DNA of 64,000 bases, from NCBI GenBank assembly GCA_036172245.1, contig JAYWIR010000043.1, forward strand, positions 1,178,001 to 1,242,000, written 5' to 3'. Source of the stretch: Raillietiella orientalis. Lineage: Eukaryota. The notes under the pieces are model-generated. The model was not told the origin of the DNA, did not search any database, and saw nothing but the letters and a program-made list of their open reading frames with translations. Both the position numbers and the translations under genes were made by a program. Shown in pieces: positions 50,301 to 63,230 of the stretch. Numbering within the stretch: position 1 is the first letter of the stretch; the number at the start of each line of letters is the position of its first letter.

Positions 50301-52598
50301 TGAAGTGTTATGCAACGAAATTCACTGGAATCCAGATATTTCAATTTCGAACGGACAAACTGCATAATCAAGCTGGATTGAACCTCAAGCACCAGAATAG
50401 AGCAGTGTACTCTAGTGTTCATTGCTCAGCAATTTTTGACAAGACACCAGGCACTACTAACCCCCTGCAACTACTAACTTCGTCCTACTAACTTTTGCAA
50501 TTCGTACTCTGTAGGGTGAAGATGGAATGCAACCACTCCTGACTTGAAGAGAAACTCTGCAGATTTTGGGTATACCAAGTTCGATTTTGTTTCACGTTTT
50601 GTTGCCTGTTTCAAAAGCTATTTTGATCAACTTCTCGACTTCAACATCCAGAATTTCCAATGTCTCCAGACCAATTGTTTGCCTTATAGGAATCCAGGAA
50701 ACTATCAGACTAAATCCTCTGCTGGAAAACCCATAGTTTGCATTACATCATAAGTGCCAAAACTGAAAAATTCTGAGTGTTTTGTTGGTGGAGTGATCAG
50801 TGCTGCTCGTGGCACTTATGTCACTGTTCGAACCAAACCACTCCTATCCAAAATGTTCTGCTTCTTGCTTTACTATCTTGCATCGCACAAATTCAGACTC
50901 GCATACAGCAAAAGCTGCAATCCTGCATTTCAAACAAAAAGTTGACCACACATACCAGCACCATCTCAAACTTATCTAACAACTGCTCATAGATTTCAGT
51001 AACATTTTTAGAAATGCAATTCATTCATTTTCACATTCATTCTGGATTCGCATTTTTTGGGCAAAACATCAACATGCTTCCATCCACAAGTTGGAGAAAA
51101 GTGTGTGCCTTCTGCAAACATTTACCCACATTCCTATTTGCTTGACACTCACGACCTGAAGCAACTTGACATTATCTTTATCGCATTATCCTCCTTAGGG
51201 AAACCAATAATTCTCTCTCTGGGTGACAATCTGATGCTGAAGCCATGTAATTTGGGAGTTTCAGAACTGGGACGATTTTGCAAAGAGCTCAGCTTGTCTC
51301 CATCCCATTTGCCAAAACTTCATCTGGTGCAGAAACAAATGACTCCAATGCACTAAACACCCATGTGGCAAACCCATCAGGAAATAAACCTTGTGGATTT
51401 AAGTGCTCAAAAAGTTATATTTTGTTTCAAATCTCTTTCCAGTAATTTGGCATATATACCTTCACGAAGGTAACGTGGGCAAAAGTGAACCATCCAGCAT
51501 CATCAATAGAAACTTAGGCCCCTGAAGCAAACTTGCTAAAGAAGTGCAAGTCATCTAGCTGGCTATGTCGCTTCGTTCCTTATATTAATATATATAATAA
51601 ATAGAGGTATTTATTTTTAGGATCTTTCGGAATTCTGAACCAAATCCCTTTAAAGATATGCATGAGCACATTACTCCAAAAAAAACGCTACTCTTTAACA
51701 CCTCACTGCTTTTATTTCTGATAATATTCAATCTTTGAGGCATGCTACACTCCCCTGCATTTCTTGAAAATAAGTTCGCCTTCCACTGGTTACCTTCCTA
51801 ATCTCATGTTCGATATCACTTTTCATCTATACGAGAATCAGCTTACCATCACTCGCTCTTCTCCCCTTAAAGAAACTCCAACCCCCTCATTCTATGTCCG
51901 GAGTGGTACCCGAGAGAAGAAGGCTAGCATCGTCTCTGTTTAACTCTGAGAGCAGAACAGGAGATGCTATTTGATTTACAGTCCGGCAGAGCCAGTCCTC
52001 TGACTTTTCCGTGCAGATTTGGTAGGTCACTGCCACAGAAGATTATTTTGGTTGCAAAGGAGTGACTTGCTCACTGCCTGTTCCATCGCCTTGACACATC
52101 CCATTCTGGTCAGCGTTCAGCATGTGCTTTTGTTCTCGTTCGTGGCACTTGCAGTGGTCCAAATTTAAGAGGCAACTTCAGGAAAAAGTGCGCGTTCTGC
52201 AATGTCCATTTGCCGATACGAGAAGTATAGAAAGCTATTTAGAAGGTTCGAAGAAGTGGAAGGTTCTGACAATGGATGGTGTAGGGAAGCAAACATTTCC
52301 TGCATCTCTAATCCGACACGATAGTGATCATGACTTTGCCGTCTTGGAAGGCAAACGGATTCGCAGAAATCATGGAAGCAGAGCACCTCTTGATTTCTGG
52401 GATGATCTGGAGATACGTGTTTCACTTGTTGCCACTGGAAGAGCACGCGACCTAAGACTTGAGAGGAAAACAACAGCTGCGCAAGACTGTCCAGAGCCCC
52501 TGAAAACAAACTGTGTAATTGCACACAACAAACAATAATGCGGGCTTTGCCGATTGTTATCTCCGTGTGGAAAGTGCTGAGAAGAAGTGTTGTATGCA

Positions 52599-52912
52599 AT
52601 GACTGGAATGGTAAAGGTGGTAAAGATCTGGGGAAAGGAGGCGCGAAGCGTCACCTCAAGGTGTTGCGTCCCTAAACATCCAAGGAATCACGAAGCTCAC
52701 GAATCCGTCGTTTAGCTCGCCGTGGCGGAGTGAAGCGCACCTCCAGACTGACCTAGGAGGAAACCCGTGGTGTCTCGAAAGTGTTCCTGGAAAACGCGAT
52801 CCGTGATGCTGTCACTCACACCGAGCATGCGAAGAAGGAGACCGTGACTGCTATGGACGTCGTGTACACCTTGAAAAGATAGGGACGTACACTGTACGGA
52901 TTCGGCGGCTAA
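52599..52912 (+). pseudogene. H4: Histone H4 pseudogene
   Basis: [90 protein letters not shown], with frameshifts and stops. Confidence 0.95.
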
Positions 52913-54147
52913 GAAGTAAAAAACACACACACACAAATCAACTCCAAGGGCTGTTGGGCACTTTGCCCGGCTCTCCCTCGGAACTTGCGCCCCTATGAGG
53001 GGAAGGCTCCATGTGGATGGTTTCAGGCATTCCCTAGCTCCGAAAGGTGAGCCTCATTCGTTCACAAGGCTGTGACAAGTTCCCGTGGAGTTTTCCTTAT
53101 GCAACTCTCGTGAATCACTCTGGTAAACTTTAACTGGGAAGAAAAACTATCTCTAGTGCCCTCTTGGAACTGCTAAAGAAACAATTCGTTGGCTCTGAAA
53201 TTGAAAAAAACATATCCAAGTTGATGACGTCCAGCTAATTTAACGAATGCACGCAGAGTGTCGCTGCTAAACAATAGGCAAAGCTCCCTTTTCTATTCTG
53301 TCCTCTGTTCTTATGTACTCCATCACGAAAATTGAGCGGTAGCCGGCCGAACAGACCATCATGCTGTGGGAGAAGATTAGGAATTTTTCTTTTCCTTTTT
53401 CCAGGGGAAATTTTCACCTTCGGACGGAACCTCATCCAGTGGTCAGCTGCGCTGCTCTAAGGGAAGCATTCCCTAGGAACTCAAAGGTTTTGCCTCGGGG
53501 CAACCGGATGCCTTACATTCCAGTGTTGAGCATAGGAGACAAAATTGTCACCTCATGAACGCATGATGTGCAGAGAATGCGTCAATGCTCTAGTGGGATT
53601 TTCGCGATAAGAAGCTTTTTACATAGGAATCCTCTCCATAGAAGTTGAGCACTTGCTCCATCCTTGTTGGATATATCCTCATTGCTGCTCAGCTGTCGTT
53701 ATTGTCCCTGCTCACGGTAATTGTTGCATTTCATTCACCTTTGCTGTACATCATCCATGCGTGATTCTCGATGCTCCCATCCAAATAATTCGCTCGAGCC
53801 TTCATTGAAAACGAAAGAGACCAATAGAAGGAATAAAGGTTACAAGAACCGTAATCTCACGAGAATACCTCGAGCGAATAGCGATGAAAGATTCGTATGA
53901 CCACCTGTGGAAGCAGAGGGAATCTCAAGAGAGGAATCTGGCATCCAGTGAAGGTTTACTAGCAGGTTCTTGTGAACCAGATAAAATGCATGTTGATCCT
54001 CAGCGTAAAATTGGAATCGTTCCAGTCTTTTAAGAGCTGCAGCATGTGAGTCGTGTCTTGGCAACATGCGACTACGTGCTCTGAATGCTTGACATTGTCT
54101 CCGAAGAAAACAAACACTCTTATCTTGTGCATCATTTCACGAATAAC

Positions 54148-54885
54148 CCGTCGGAGGCCGTGTGGTTACGGTGGTCTCCGCCTGTGGCACCATGAGTCGT
54201 GGGTTCGAATACTCCGAAGGATTCGACTCAGTGCGTCATGGGTCCCGAGTTCACCCCACAAGATGACGCTGCTTGGTCTACATTCATCCGGGTGCGGGAC
54301 CGGTAGCGGTTCAAACCGGATGCCCCCGATGAAGGCCGGCACAAATGGGAGTCGACCCCCGGGTCCTTCCAGGAATCACGGAATGGGAGCTCCCCTCCGG
54401 TTGTGAAGGAGCGGACTCCCATTCCGGGGCATACCCCTCCGTGTCAGACTGATGGAGTAGGTGTGTTGCTACCACCTCTCCAGGGAGTGCAGAGAATCGA
54501 GCCGATCCTTTCGGGGAAACTGCGTCCTTCTGAATTTTTGAAGCGTCCCTTCTGGGTTCTCTTCAGAGGAATAAAAACAGGAGCGGATCCCTTGCGGGTT
54601 CCCTTCGGAGAAGAAAACATGGAGCGCACCCCTTCGGCGTTCCTCTGGAGAGAGTAAAGAAGGAGGATTCTCTTCCCGAATCCCTTCGGAGACAACCAGG
54701 GCTGGGAGCCTCCCCAGGCGTGAGAGGCGGTCTCTTGGTATCTTGAAGAATTGACACGCACCTTCGGGTGGGGTGGGGAACAGTCTCAAAGAGCTGCTTG
54801 GGCCGCTGGTACTGAAGTACCCAGCGACCCCTCCCCCCCAAAAAAAAAAAAATTTGAAAGCAAAGAAGGATTTCCATCGTCCTGT
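54148..54885 (+). mobile_element. Long SINE-like element, copy 3 (diverged subfamily)
   Basis: Head CCGTCGGAGGCCGTGTGGTTACGG...GGGTTCGAATACTCCG, colinear body, A tract at 54840-54852 and the shared tail motif AAGGATT(T/A)CCATCGTCCT. Confidence 0.8.
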
Positions 54886-54899
54886 TTACTTGTTTGGAA

Positions 54900-55150
54900 C
54901 TGCTCCTGTTTACTCCTCTGAAGAGAACCCCGAAGGGACGCTTCCGAAATTCAGAAGGGCTCTCCCCGAAGAAAGCGGTACGCTTCTATGGAACTTTAGA
55001 GATGTGGCGACACACCTACTCTACGGAGGGTCTCCGACTCGAACCCACGACGTGCACAAACTCTTTCCGTCGATTCTTGCAGAGTATTCGAACTCTCAAC
55101 GCCAGGTGCCACACGCGGAGACCGTAACCACATGGCCTCCGACGCGGGCC
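54900..55150 (-). mobile_element. Long SINE-like element, copy 4 (partial, inverted relative to copy 3)
   Basis: Reverse complement of the head (GGCCCGCGTCGGAGGCCATGTGGTTACGG...AGTTCGAATACTC) plus the internal TTCGGAAGCGTCCCTTCGGG segment. Confidence 0.78.
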
Positions 55151-56005
55151 ATGTGGTTACGGTCTGGATGATTTCCACTGTTGAAGGGAATGGTAATCGA
55201 CCCTTTTTCTAGACTCTATCCATTTGAATTGTTCTTCTGCTGTTCGGCTGACACCAATTTTCAAGAACACTTTTGTTTCTGGACACTTCGGTGCTCTTGA
55301 GGTAGGAACAGGATGTGCAGCACTGTGCTTTGTGCACTGGTATTCCCCGTGCAATCAGCGCCTCGTTTGCGGGTGGTTTTCGGTGGCATCCCCACGCAGC
55401 CTGGGGTGCAGAGAGAATGCACAGTCGTCTGTCCAGGGCAGAAGCTTTCTCATGTTTCAAGCGCAATGAATCTGTGCTTGAGGCAGAATCCGATGCACGT
55501 CTGGTATATCGATTTTGTGGAATTGCGGATGAAGCTTAGGAAGAACGATGGGATGCGACACAGAGACACAAAAAACACGGTTTAGAATGTTAGCACGGGG
55601 ACGCAGGGATGCGCGCAATGCTGAGACGGAACGCTTTTGAGCTTCAACGGGGAAAATCATCATACCGGAGATCGTGCGAGGAGCCAAAGTATGCGCTTCG
55701 CCCGAGAGACTTCCCGGCTGCACTGGACGTGGCATACTCCATAGGGCAATCGCTGGTGGTGAAGGAAATGATCAGACACCGCGACTGCCTGGATCCACGT
55801 AATGAACGGCATCTGTTAGAAAGTCTCCGCGCAGCATCCATTCTAGGCGCGGGCAAAATCTGCAGCGTGCAGCTGTGGCGATTCATTCACAACCGCCTAT
55901 TGCTAAAGTAGCATTTGAAGCCTCAGTTTCTCCCTCAACATGAAGACAAAAATGACAGTTTTTCCTTCTTTGTTGCGTGACTTTCTCGTGGTTCAAGACA
56001 TCAAC

Positions 56006-59000
56006 TTAGCATCTCCCCCTATAGAACGTCACCTCGGCCTCGAATCCTGTCCATCCGTTTCTCACCCTGCTGTTCCAAAAAACGATCAACGTGCCGTTCG
56101 TTGAATAGAAAGATTCTCCTTTTTGTATGGACCCGTTATAGCAATACCTGGAAAGGCGGTGTTGGAGAAAAGAGGTTGCCGTTACGACTTTTCCACTCAA
56201 CCAAGCACTCAAGGCATCGATCACGCGATGCATACGAGCGAAACCGGAAGCGCACGTGAAGCGTCAAATTGTGACCCAGTTTGTTTCTGCAAAGCACGCA
56301 AATCCAATTGTCAACACCCTCAGGGCTGCAGCGAAACGATCCTTTTCTGATTCAGAGCTCAGTTTTCACAGACATTTAACCGAAGCGCATCGGAAGGAAT
56401 TCGTCGGATGCCCCCCCCCCTGACAAAGATTCTTTCTTTCTGAACTGCAGAAGAGTTCGGTGGAATCTTTAGGATTCCTATACGGCAGAAGAAAGTGATT
56501 TTCGGGAGCAGAATGGATAGGAGAGGTGCCGATCCATGAGCGTACAGAATGGTCAGCATGAAGACACGTGAGCAACTTGTCCGAAGGCATGCGTGCAAAC
56601 AAGCAGACAAAAAAGGAAAGTACTCACGTTTCTCCTCTGTACAGGTCATGTGCACGAATAGTAAGAGATTCCAATGCGCACTTATTAGCTCCATAGAAGG
56701 AAACATCCTTGAAGGTCAGCTGAACCTGATCGCATTTTTTCGCTTCTATCAGCCAAATGCATGAACCAACTGGATGTCCTTTGGGAGTGGATATCGTGGT
56801 CTCGGTCGTTATCTTGCCTCCGCAGTTGAGCGGGTTGGGGGCTGGAGAAGATTTACTGGTGCAGCGCAGCTTCAACAATAGCAGAAGGGAGAGAAGACAA
56901 ATTGGATACCCTCATTGATTTTGAATTGTCAATCTACTGAGGACTTTTGGGGATCAAGGGCAAAGAAAGGACTGGAATGAAGGAACATTTCCTCACTTAC
57001 GGTAGTAGCTCCCAGTTTTCTTTTCACACTTTTTTCCTTCCGTCCCACGTGGGCATACACACTCGCAGTTGGCTCCGAGGTAACCATAGTTCATGCAAGG
57101 ATCACTGGATTTCTTGCACTTCTTTAGCCAATCGGCTTTTCTGCAAATGACCCTTTTCTAAGGTGGATTGCTCATCTTACTGATGCATCCATATGCTTTG
57201 TTTATCTGCAGGGCATCCATGTGGCTTAAGCCTTCTTCGTTGTATGCAAGAATCGGCTGCATGAGGATGTCTTTAGTAGCCATCGTTGGGGCTCCGTTGC
57301 TTGAAAACAACTGCAATGCAAAGGACCACGGCAGTCACAATGGCGAAGTTCATGGAGTTTTCTACAATCATTCATTTTCCGAAAGGCACAGAGAATTATT
57401 GACGGAGATGCTTTCTGATTCGGAAGGCGTACTTTTCTTGTCACCGTCAATTGACGCGTCCATTGGATTCGAAGCATTCAACAGTCACTACAAACTCCTC
57501 AGAAGGGTGCCAATCTCGCTCTCGCTCTTTGCCTTGTTTCTCAGAAGCATGAAAGGATTCCCGGGAACACCTGGATGCTTTCACCTAGCAGTTACACGTT
57601 GATGGCTGCTGAGTCGCATGGGCAACGTTTGCCTCTGAGAGGCTGCAACTTTCATCTACAGTGCTGCGCCTAGATGAAAGTTGCAGATGGGTAGCGCGGC
57701 CCCTCCCCACAAAGACGGTCTGCTTTGGAGGAAGTCTTTTCCATCGCGCGTTCTTCCTTCCGGAAAGAGAACTCTCTCTACTTTGCCTGTCTGCTGCCTC
57801 CAGACCAGTCCTTCGCGAGGGTTGAAGGGTTCGGTCAACAAGAATTTGCGGCGCCGTCACTAGGGAGCGTGTATTTATTTCCTATTGCAACGAAAAATTG
57901 GAACGAGAGATGCTGCATGCACCGTGGAATGAGATCTTTGCAATCTGACTTTCTAAATGAGATCCGTGATTCCTCGTGATTTACAGTCAAGTATTTTGTG
58001 TCGCCCTGCATCATCCCCGAGCGATAAGTTAAGGTATCGCAGTTTTGTTGCCGCCATTGTGAAAAAAAAAAAAAGGAAACGCTACAGTGATGGTCAGCCA
58101 CAGGGCAGGCAGCGGAAACTTGGCCTGCTGACCTGCAAGCATTGCAGAAGAGACCAGCCGCTGCTTCACGGGGATCGTCAGCCGACCGAAGAAATGAAGA
58201 GCAAGAGTGAATAAAGATGATGGAGAATCGATCAGAGGATCAAAAAAAAAAGAACTGAAAGGGAAGGTCGGGACTGCGCTCATAAGGTACGGTGTGTGCA
58301 GTGTACTGACATGCAAATTAGTATACATCCTCGTTTCATCTTGATCATCTTGTTCAACCTCCTTCGAATGTAAGAATGCGGCTGCACTTGGACTGCAGCA
58401 TTGAGATTCTAGCTGTCGGCAAACGGAGGTGCCAGTTCGACAAGGTGTTTAAGGATGTCTACGTTTGCTGCCTTTCGGAGCTCCGCAGTATTGTAATGAT
58501 TGCACAGAAATCATTATCAGTTGAAAAATTCGTTCACGAGTGGGCACTTTGAGGGGACCAAATTGAAAGCCATTCATCTTCGACATTCGAACGTTGGAAG
58601 ACGCATCACTTGCGGAGAGCGGAGACAGTTCACTGTGAGGAAAGGTGGGAGCATCGGTGAGGCTTTCAGCTCGGAAATTGCTTTGAGCTTGGTGGAGTTT
58701 CTGAGGCCGCACACTTTCATCTTTGTTCGCTTCAGTTGTCAGGGTGATTCTCAGATGATGGAGCCCTTCGCAAAAAGCCCCATGCCCTAGAAAACCATGC
58801 AGTATACTTACATCGAATGAATACTGCATGACGCCGGTGTAGTCGTAGGGCACGTCATAAGTTTCGCACACCTTTAATTCGAAGCTCTTTCTACTGGCCA
58901 GTGGCACATTATTAAAATTCACATCTATGTATTGATCTCTGTCTGGACGGTTCTGCTCGTGGAACAAGCCAGTGGTGTGTCCGAATTCGTGCACCACTGT

Positions 59001-61484
59001 GCTCAACTGAAAAACACACATCCCGAGGTCATCAGCTGAAGTTCAGTAGACGGATGATGATTTCGAATGGATATGAGTAGCTCTTCATGCGGACAATGGG
59101 CATCGTCACCAATTGGAAAGCATCACCGTTCTGGTGTGCATTCATCATGTCCGTCAAGATTCACAGGCTTTTGCAGATGTTCATACACAATGCAATGACG
59201 TTCTGCTCGACAAGCTAATTACCGATGTTGCTGATGGAGAGGGAATAGGTCACGCCGGAAAACAATACCTAATTTCGTGGGGAAGCGGCGAAACGTCTTC
59301 ATTCTCGTGGCATTGGGTTGCCGTGCAGCACACTTCCTATTCGCGAGTGATGCTGATCGGCATCGAATTTTCCGTGATCATCGGATGCCCTTCTGTCCGA
59401 AAATCCTCGCTGCTTGGAAACGACCAAACCAAGCGAAGTGCGTGAGATGAGTGGGAGGGGTGTCGAATAGGGAAGGGCGCCCAAGCAGCGGCAAGGAAAA
59501 TCAACGTTGCGCACATGCGAAGGAAGCAAAGAGAGCGCCACGGCTAGCACTGCAGAGGGCAATGCAAGGGGCACGTTCCCACGCCCCCACTCAGGTGCTG
59601 GGAAGCAGTAAGCGATTTTGCGACCAAGCTGGGAATTATTTGCTTGCTGTCGATCAAGGAACGCCTTTCTTAGGCGCTACTGTACAATCGGTGGCCGTCT
59701 CGCTCAAGCAGCGATCACGGCCCGAATACATACACGGCATTCGTATCCCTGTAGCTACTCATATCCACTCGAAGCCTCATAACCAAAAACAATTTTACCG
59801 ATAAGCAGTTTGATCCAAGATAGACATACTGATAATTTCCAATACCAAGGAAGCCTTTTGAGTACCCAATGGTGGAGACACAGCCACCGCTAGGTAGGAT
59901 TCTCACGTGAAATATTCGGGTTGTATGAGGCACTCTTTGGAAACGTATGCAGGTGTTTTCTGCGTAGTTCCTTACAGCACCAGGAATCAGCTTCACAATT
60001 TCGGGAATCACTGGAAGGGAAAGTTAAAAATGGATGGAATACGTTCGCGGTTCACTTCGGTGTTTGGGCGACGTTCAGATGTATCTGACGAACTGGAGTC
60101 TTGTTTTCTTGGGAAAAGGTCGAGTTATCAGCAGGAAGCACAAGAGAAGAGAACGGCAAGCCAGATTACTTTGAGGGTTCCCCTCGCGTCAGGAAGTGTT
60201 GCTCGCAGCCGTGGTGAAAAGATAGCCGTGCCAGCATCCTGGAGGCTCGATTCCTACGGCTGACCGTCAAAGCGTCTCTCCACAGATTCTCCGCAATGCG
60301 CAATCCAGGAACTTTGCCCGCAGCATCAGATAAAACTTCGTGTGGATGAGAAATCCGTCCCGAAGGCTTTCCGGGGGACTCGTGGCTCACTACGTTACCA
60401 TCATAAGCAAAAGTTGCCTGTGATGGTAACGTCCACCAGTTTAGCGTGGAGGACATTGGATTTCCTCCCGCAAACCACCTTTCTGCCGCTGGACACGTTA
60501 GACAAAAACATGAGTCGCTATCGAGTGGAATCTACAGACAAGGAAAAGCGAGTACCTATTGCTCGGTTTGTACCTCCCAGGTCGCACATCATTACAGTAA
60601 GGTAGGAAAGAAGTTAATAATACGTATACCATTCGGATCAATTGCATAGGGTATATTGACGAGTCCATTAGACTTCGGCCACAGGTTGCTTGAAAAGCAG
60701 GACTTTTCTTGGATTTGCAGCATCTGTTCCGGTGTTAAAAGGAGATCCCCAGCAAACAGTGTGAATGGAGAATACTGAGGATGAAACAACTGCTGGAAAG
60801 TGTACTTTTACTAATGAACGAACACATTACCTCTGTGTCGGTACTATTGTCTTCTATCTTTTCGTTCTCCTGCCAGATTTCCTTGTGTTGAGAGACGGTG
60901 CGCCCTCTTAGCCCCTTGTGGTGAAATCTAGAGGCATTCTTCTTTTAAAAAGAAGGCACGCTGGAAGCATTCTTTCGCTTCGATGCCTCTAGAGGCTCTC
61001 GTTAGTAGAAACGTTAGAGGACACATTCGAAAGGATACCATCGATTTCAAAGAACACAAGTAACTGAACGAATCAGAGAGAGGGATCTGGGAAAGCGGTA
61101 ATCCAAGACAGATACAGCAGCCCGCAGTGCCCGAGACGGCTGATAGGCTCTCGTGCTTCGAGAGATATGAAGGATCTCTTGAAAGAATTAAGACTACAGA
61201 AACAACAAGACTTTTAGTGTGAATTCGTTGTCTCGTGATTCACGGGACTCTCGATGCACTGGTGGAGCGGAAGACGTGGAGAACAGCTCTGGGTCTGCCT
61301 GCCTGCGGTCTTTTACATTCAGCACGTCCAGAAGAGAAGCAGTTGCTTTCTCTCTTCAAATGTGTTTGAATGATAAACGATGCACACAAGAAGCGCTTTG
61401 GAAAGTTTTGTTCTTCGTGTTCTGAACTGAGAGTAAAGCCAAAAAACCAAAAATCCACAAGAGGGACCTCTGTGAGGGATGCAT
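56006..61484 (-). CDS. Astacin-family (M12A) zinc metalloprotease with EGF-like and CUB domains (BP10/SpAN-like architecture)
   Basis: Exons 60789-60630 (FAGDLLLT, LWP, IPYAI), 60010-59799 (ENTCIRF, GGCVSTIG), 59006-58812 (HEFGHTTGLFHEQNRPDRD, YDYTGVMQY), 57310-57181 (LSHMDALQINKAYGC), 57135-57001 (EGF: CMNYGYLGANCECVCPRGTEGKKCE), and 56841-56628 plus 56147-56006 (CUB: CGG..CIWLI..YC..GFEA). The 5' exons (60881-60831 and a signal-like MHPSQRSLLWIFGFLALL from 61484) are tentative. Confidence 0.88.
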
Positions 61485-61849
61485 TTCAGATGAACACCTC
61501 CACTCGACTGTTGCACTGTGAATCTGAAGATTCGAGAGAAAGGACTTTTCCTGCTTTCGAGCATTTCGGACGCACAACACGTTGTCTCCATTAACAATCT
61601 TCAAGAGCGCAGCTATGCGTACTGTGCTAAAGGATTGATGACACGGATGCAGTCCTGGTGGCTGCGTTTGAAATGCATCCCGAACTGATCGCTAAGGGAA
61701 GTACTACGAGACCTCCGTAAGTGCGCGCAAATGCATTCTTGTACTTTTTTTGCCTTAGGCATTCTTAGGCACGGGAGGAGCGCGAAGACCCATTCGTACA
61801 GAAAATTTCACCCGTCTTGTGCTCATCGCGACCCCTTAAGAGAATTCAC

Positions 61850-62500
61850 TGATCGTCATGAAAAATGAGGAAAAAAAATTCAGCGACCTGTCGCTCCAGC
61901 TATGCTCCTCTTGGGTGGCATCCACTAGGAAAGCCACAGCTACCTGAAATCGGAGTCATTTCGAGGTAGTAAATAATCTTCCACTCACACTTAGGAATAA
62001 AAATTTTAGATTCATGATCCGATCAATCACTGAAATCCACGGAAGTACCAAGTCTTAGCAAGGCTTCATCAGCTCTTTATAAGGCATCGTTCAGGTGTCA
62101 GCCACACCCAATTTAGCCCCGTGTTTTTTCACACTCTTGGAAAATATTTTTGTGCTCCTAATCACATGAAGCTGCCTTAATTGAAATTGGAAGGAGTGTT
62201 GAAGTGATTTGAACTCGAAATCTGCTACTGCTTCTCATTTTGCAGCGCTCTGTTTACTGCTAATCAGCAGTGCGATACCATTACTCAATACATTTGATTG
62301 GCTTTCTCGAGAACTTCCTTGGAAAACACTCGGCGATCTCTTCTAAGAAAGGGCAACATCACAAAGCGACCTGGACGAGTCCGAGTTTTCCTGGCAAGAT
62401 TTGAGCCGCAGCCCTGATCTGAACATGGACTTTTGGAAAGCCTGCTCTTAAACAAGAAGGATGCGATTCCACAGCTAGCAAACCACTAACGATTGAATTC
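61850..62500 (-). mobile_element. Decayed LINE APE-domain remnant
   Basis: Degenerate DVAL..EI, NGIALLIS, IDRI and SD motifs in APE order; many stops. Confidence 0.35.
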
Positions 62501-63230
62501 CGATATCCGTTTGGTCCTCCTTGTGTAGTCGGAATGATATCCATCGGAATGATGTCTTCTGCTCTAAGCTTTACTGCGATTTTAAAAGAGGATTCTGCGA
62601 AATATGGAATTTCACTTGAAAAGCGATCGATGGAGGATTCGAGCGTTGCTTCCGGGGTTGATGCTTCTTCGAATGGCGCAATCGTTGCACAGAATCAGAG
62701 AGCTACTCACGGTGGTGCATTCAAGGCAAGCTGTTTCAGAAGCAGAATCCTTACTGCTTCTTCCAGATTAATTAAGCAGTAGACCAAGAGTAGTGCAGCG
62801 AGACGAAGTTTCATTTGAAAAGAAGAAAAGTCAAGGCCAGCCAGGTATTCAAACTGCTGGCATTTGGCAGAAGGACGACGTCAATTCTATAGGCGAAGGT
62901 CAAAGGTCGAATTCAAGCTCGGATTGTGCGGAAGTTGGGTTCTCATCGACGTCGATCACCTCAGTTTCTGCTAGTATCATCAGTTTGTTCCAGGAACCAC
63001 TTCGGCATCCCTTGAATTTGAGACGCAGACAGAGCAGCAACTTCGAGGATGCAAAGATCACATCTGTGCCTCCAAAAGAGTATTGGAGAGCAAAACGGAT
63101 TATAAAGCTTTGTTCTCCCAATGTGCGAAAAACCAGCCGCAAGCAAAAGCAGTTGAACCAACTCAGAGTCCGTGGAGGAAACTAGCTGCGGTTTCCAATC
63201 ACCAAAAATGACCCCCTATGAACTGTGCAG

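Noticed and set aside
52915..52975. Histone 3' stem-loop after the H4 pseudogene
   Set aside because: GGGCA-CTT-TGCCC does not fit the conserved 6-bp stem/4-nt loop consensus.
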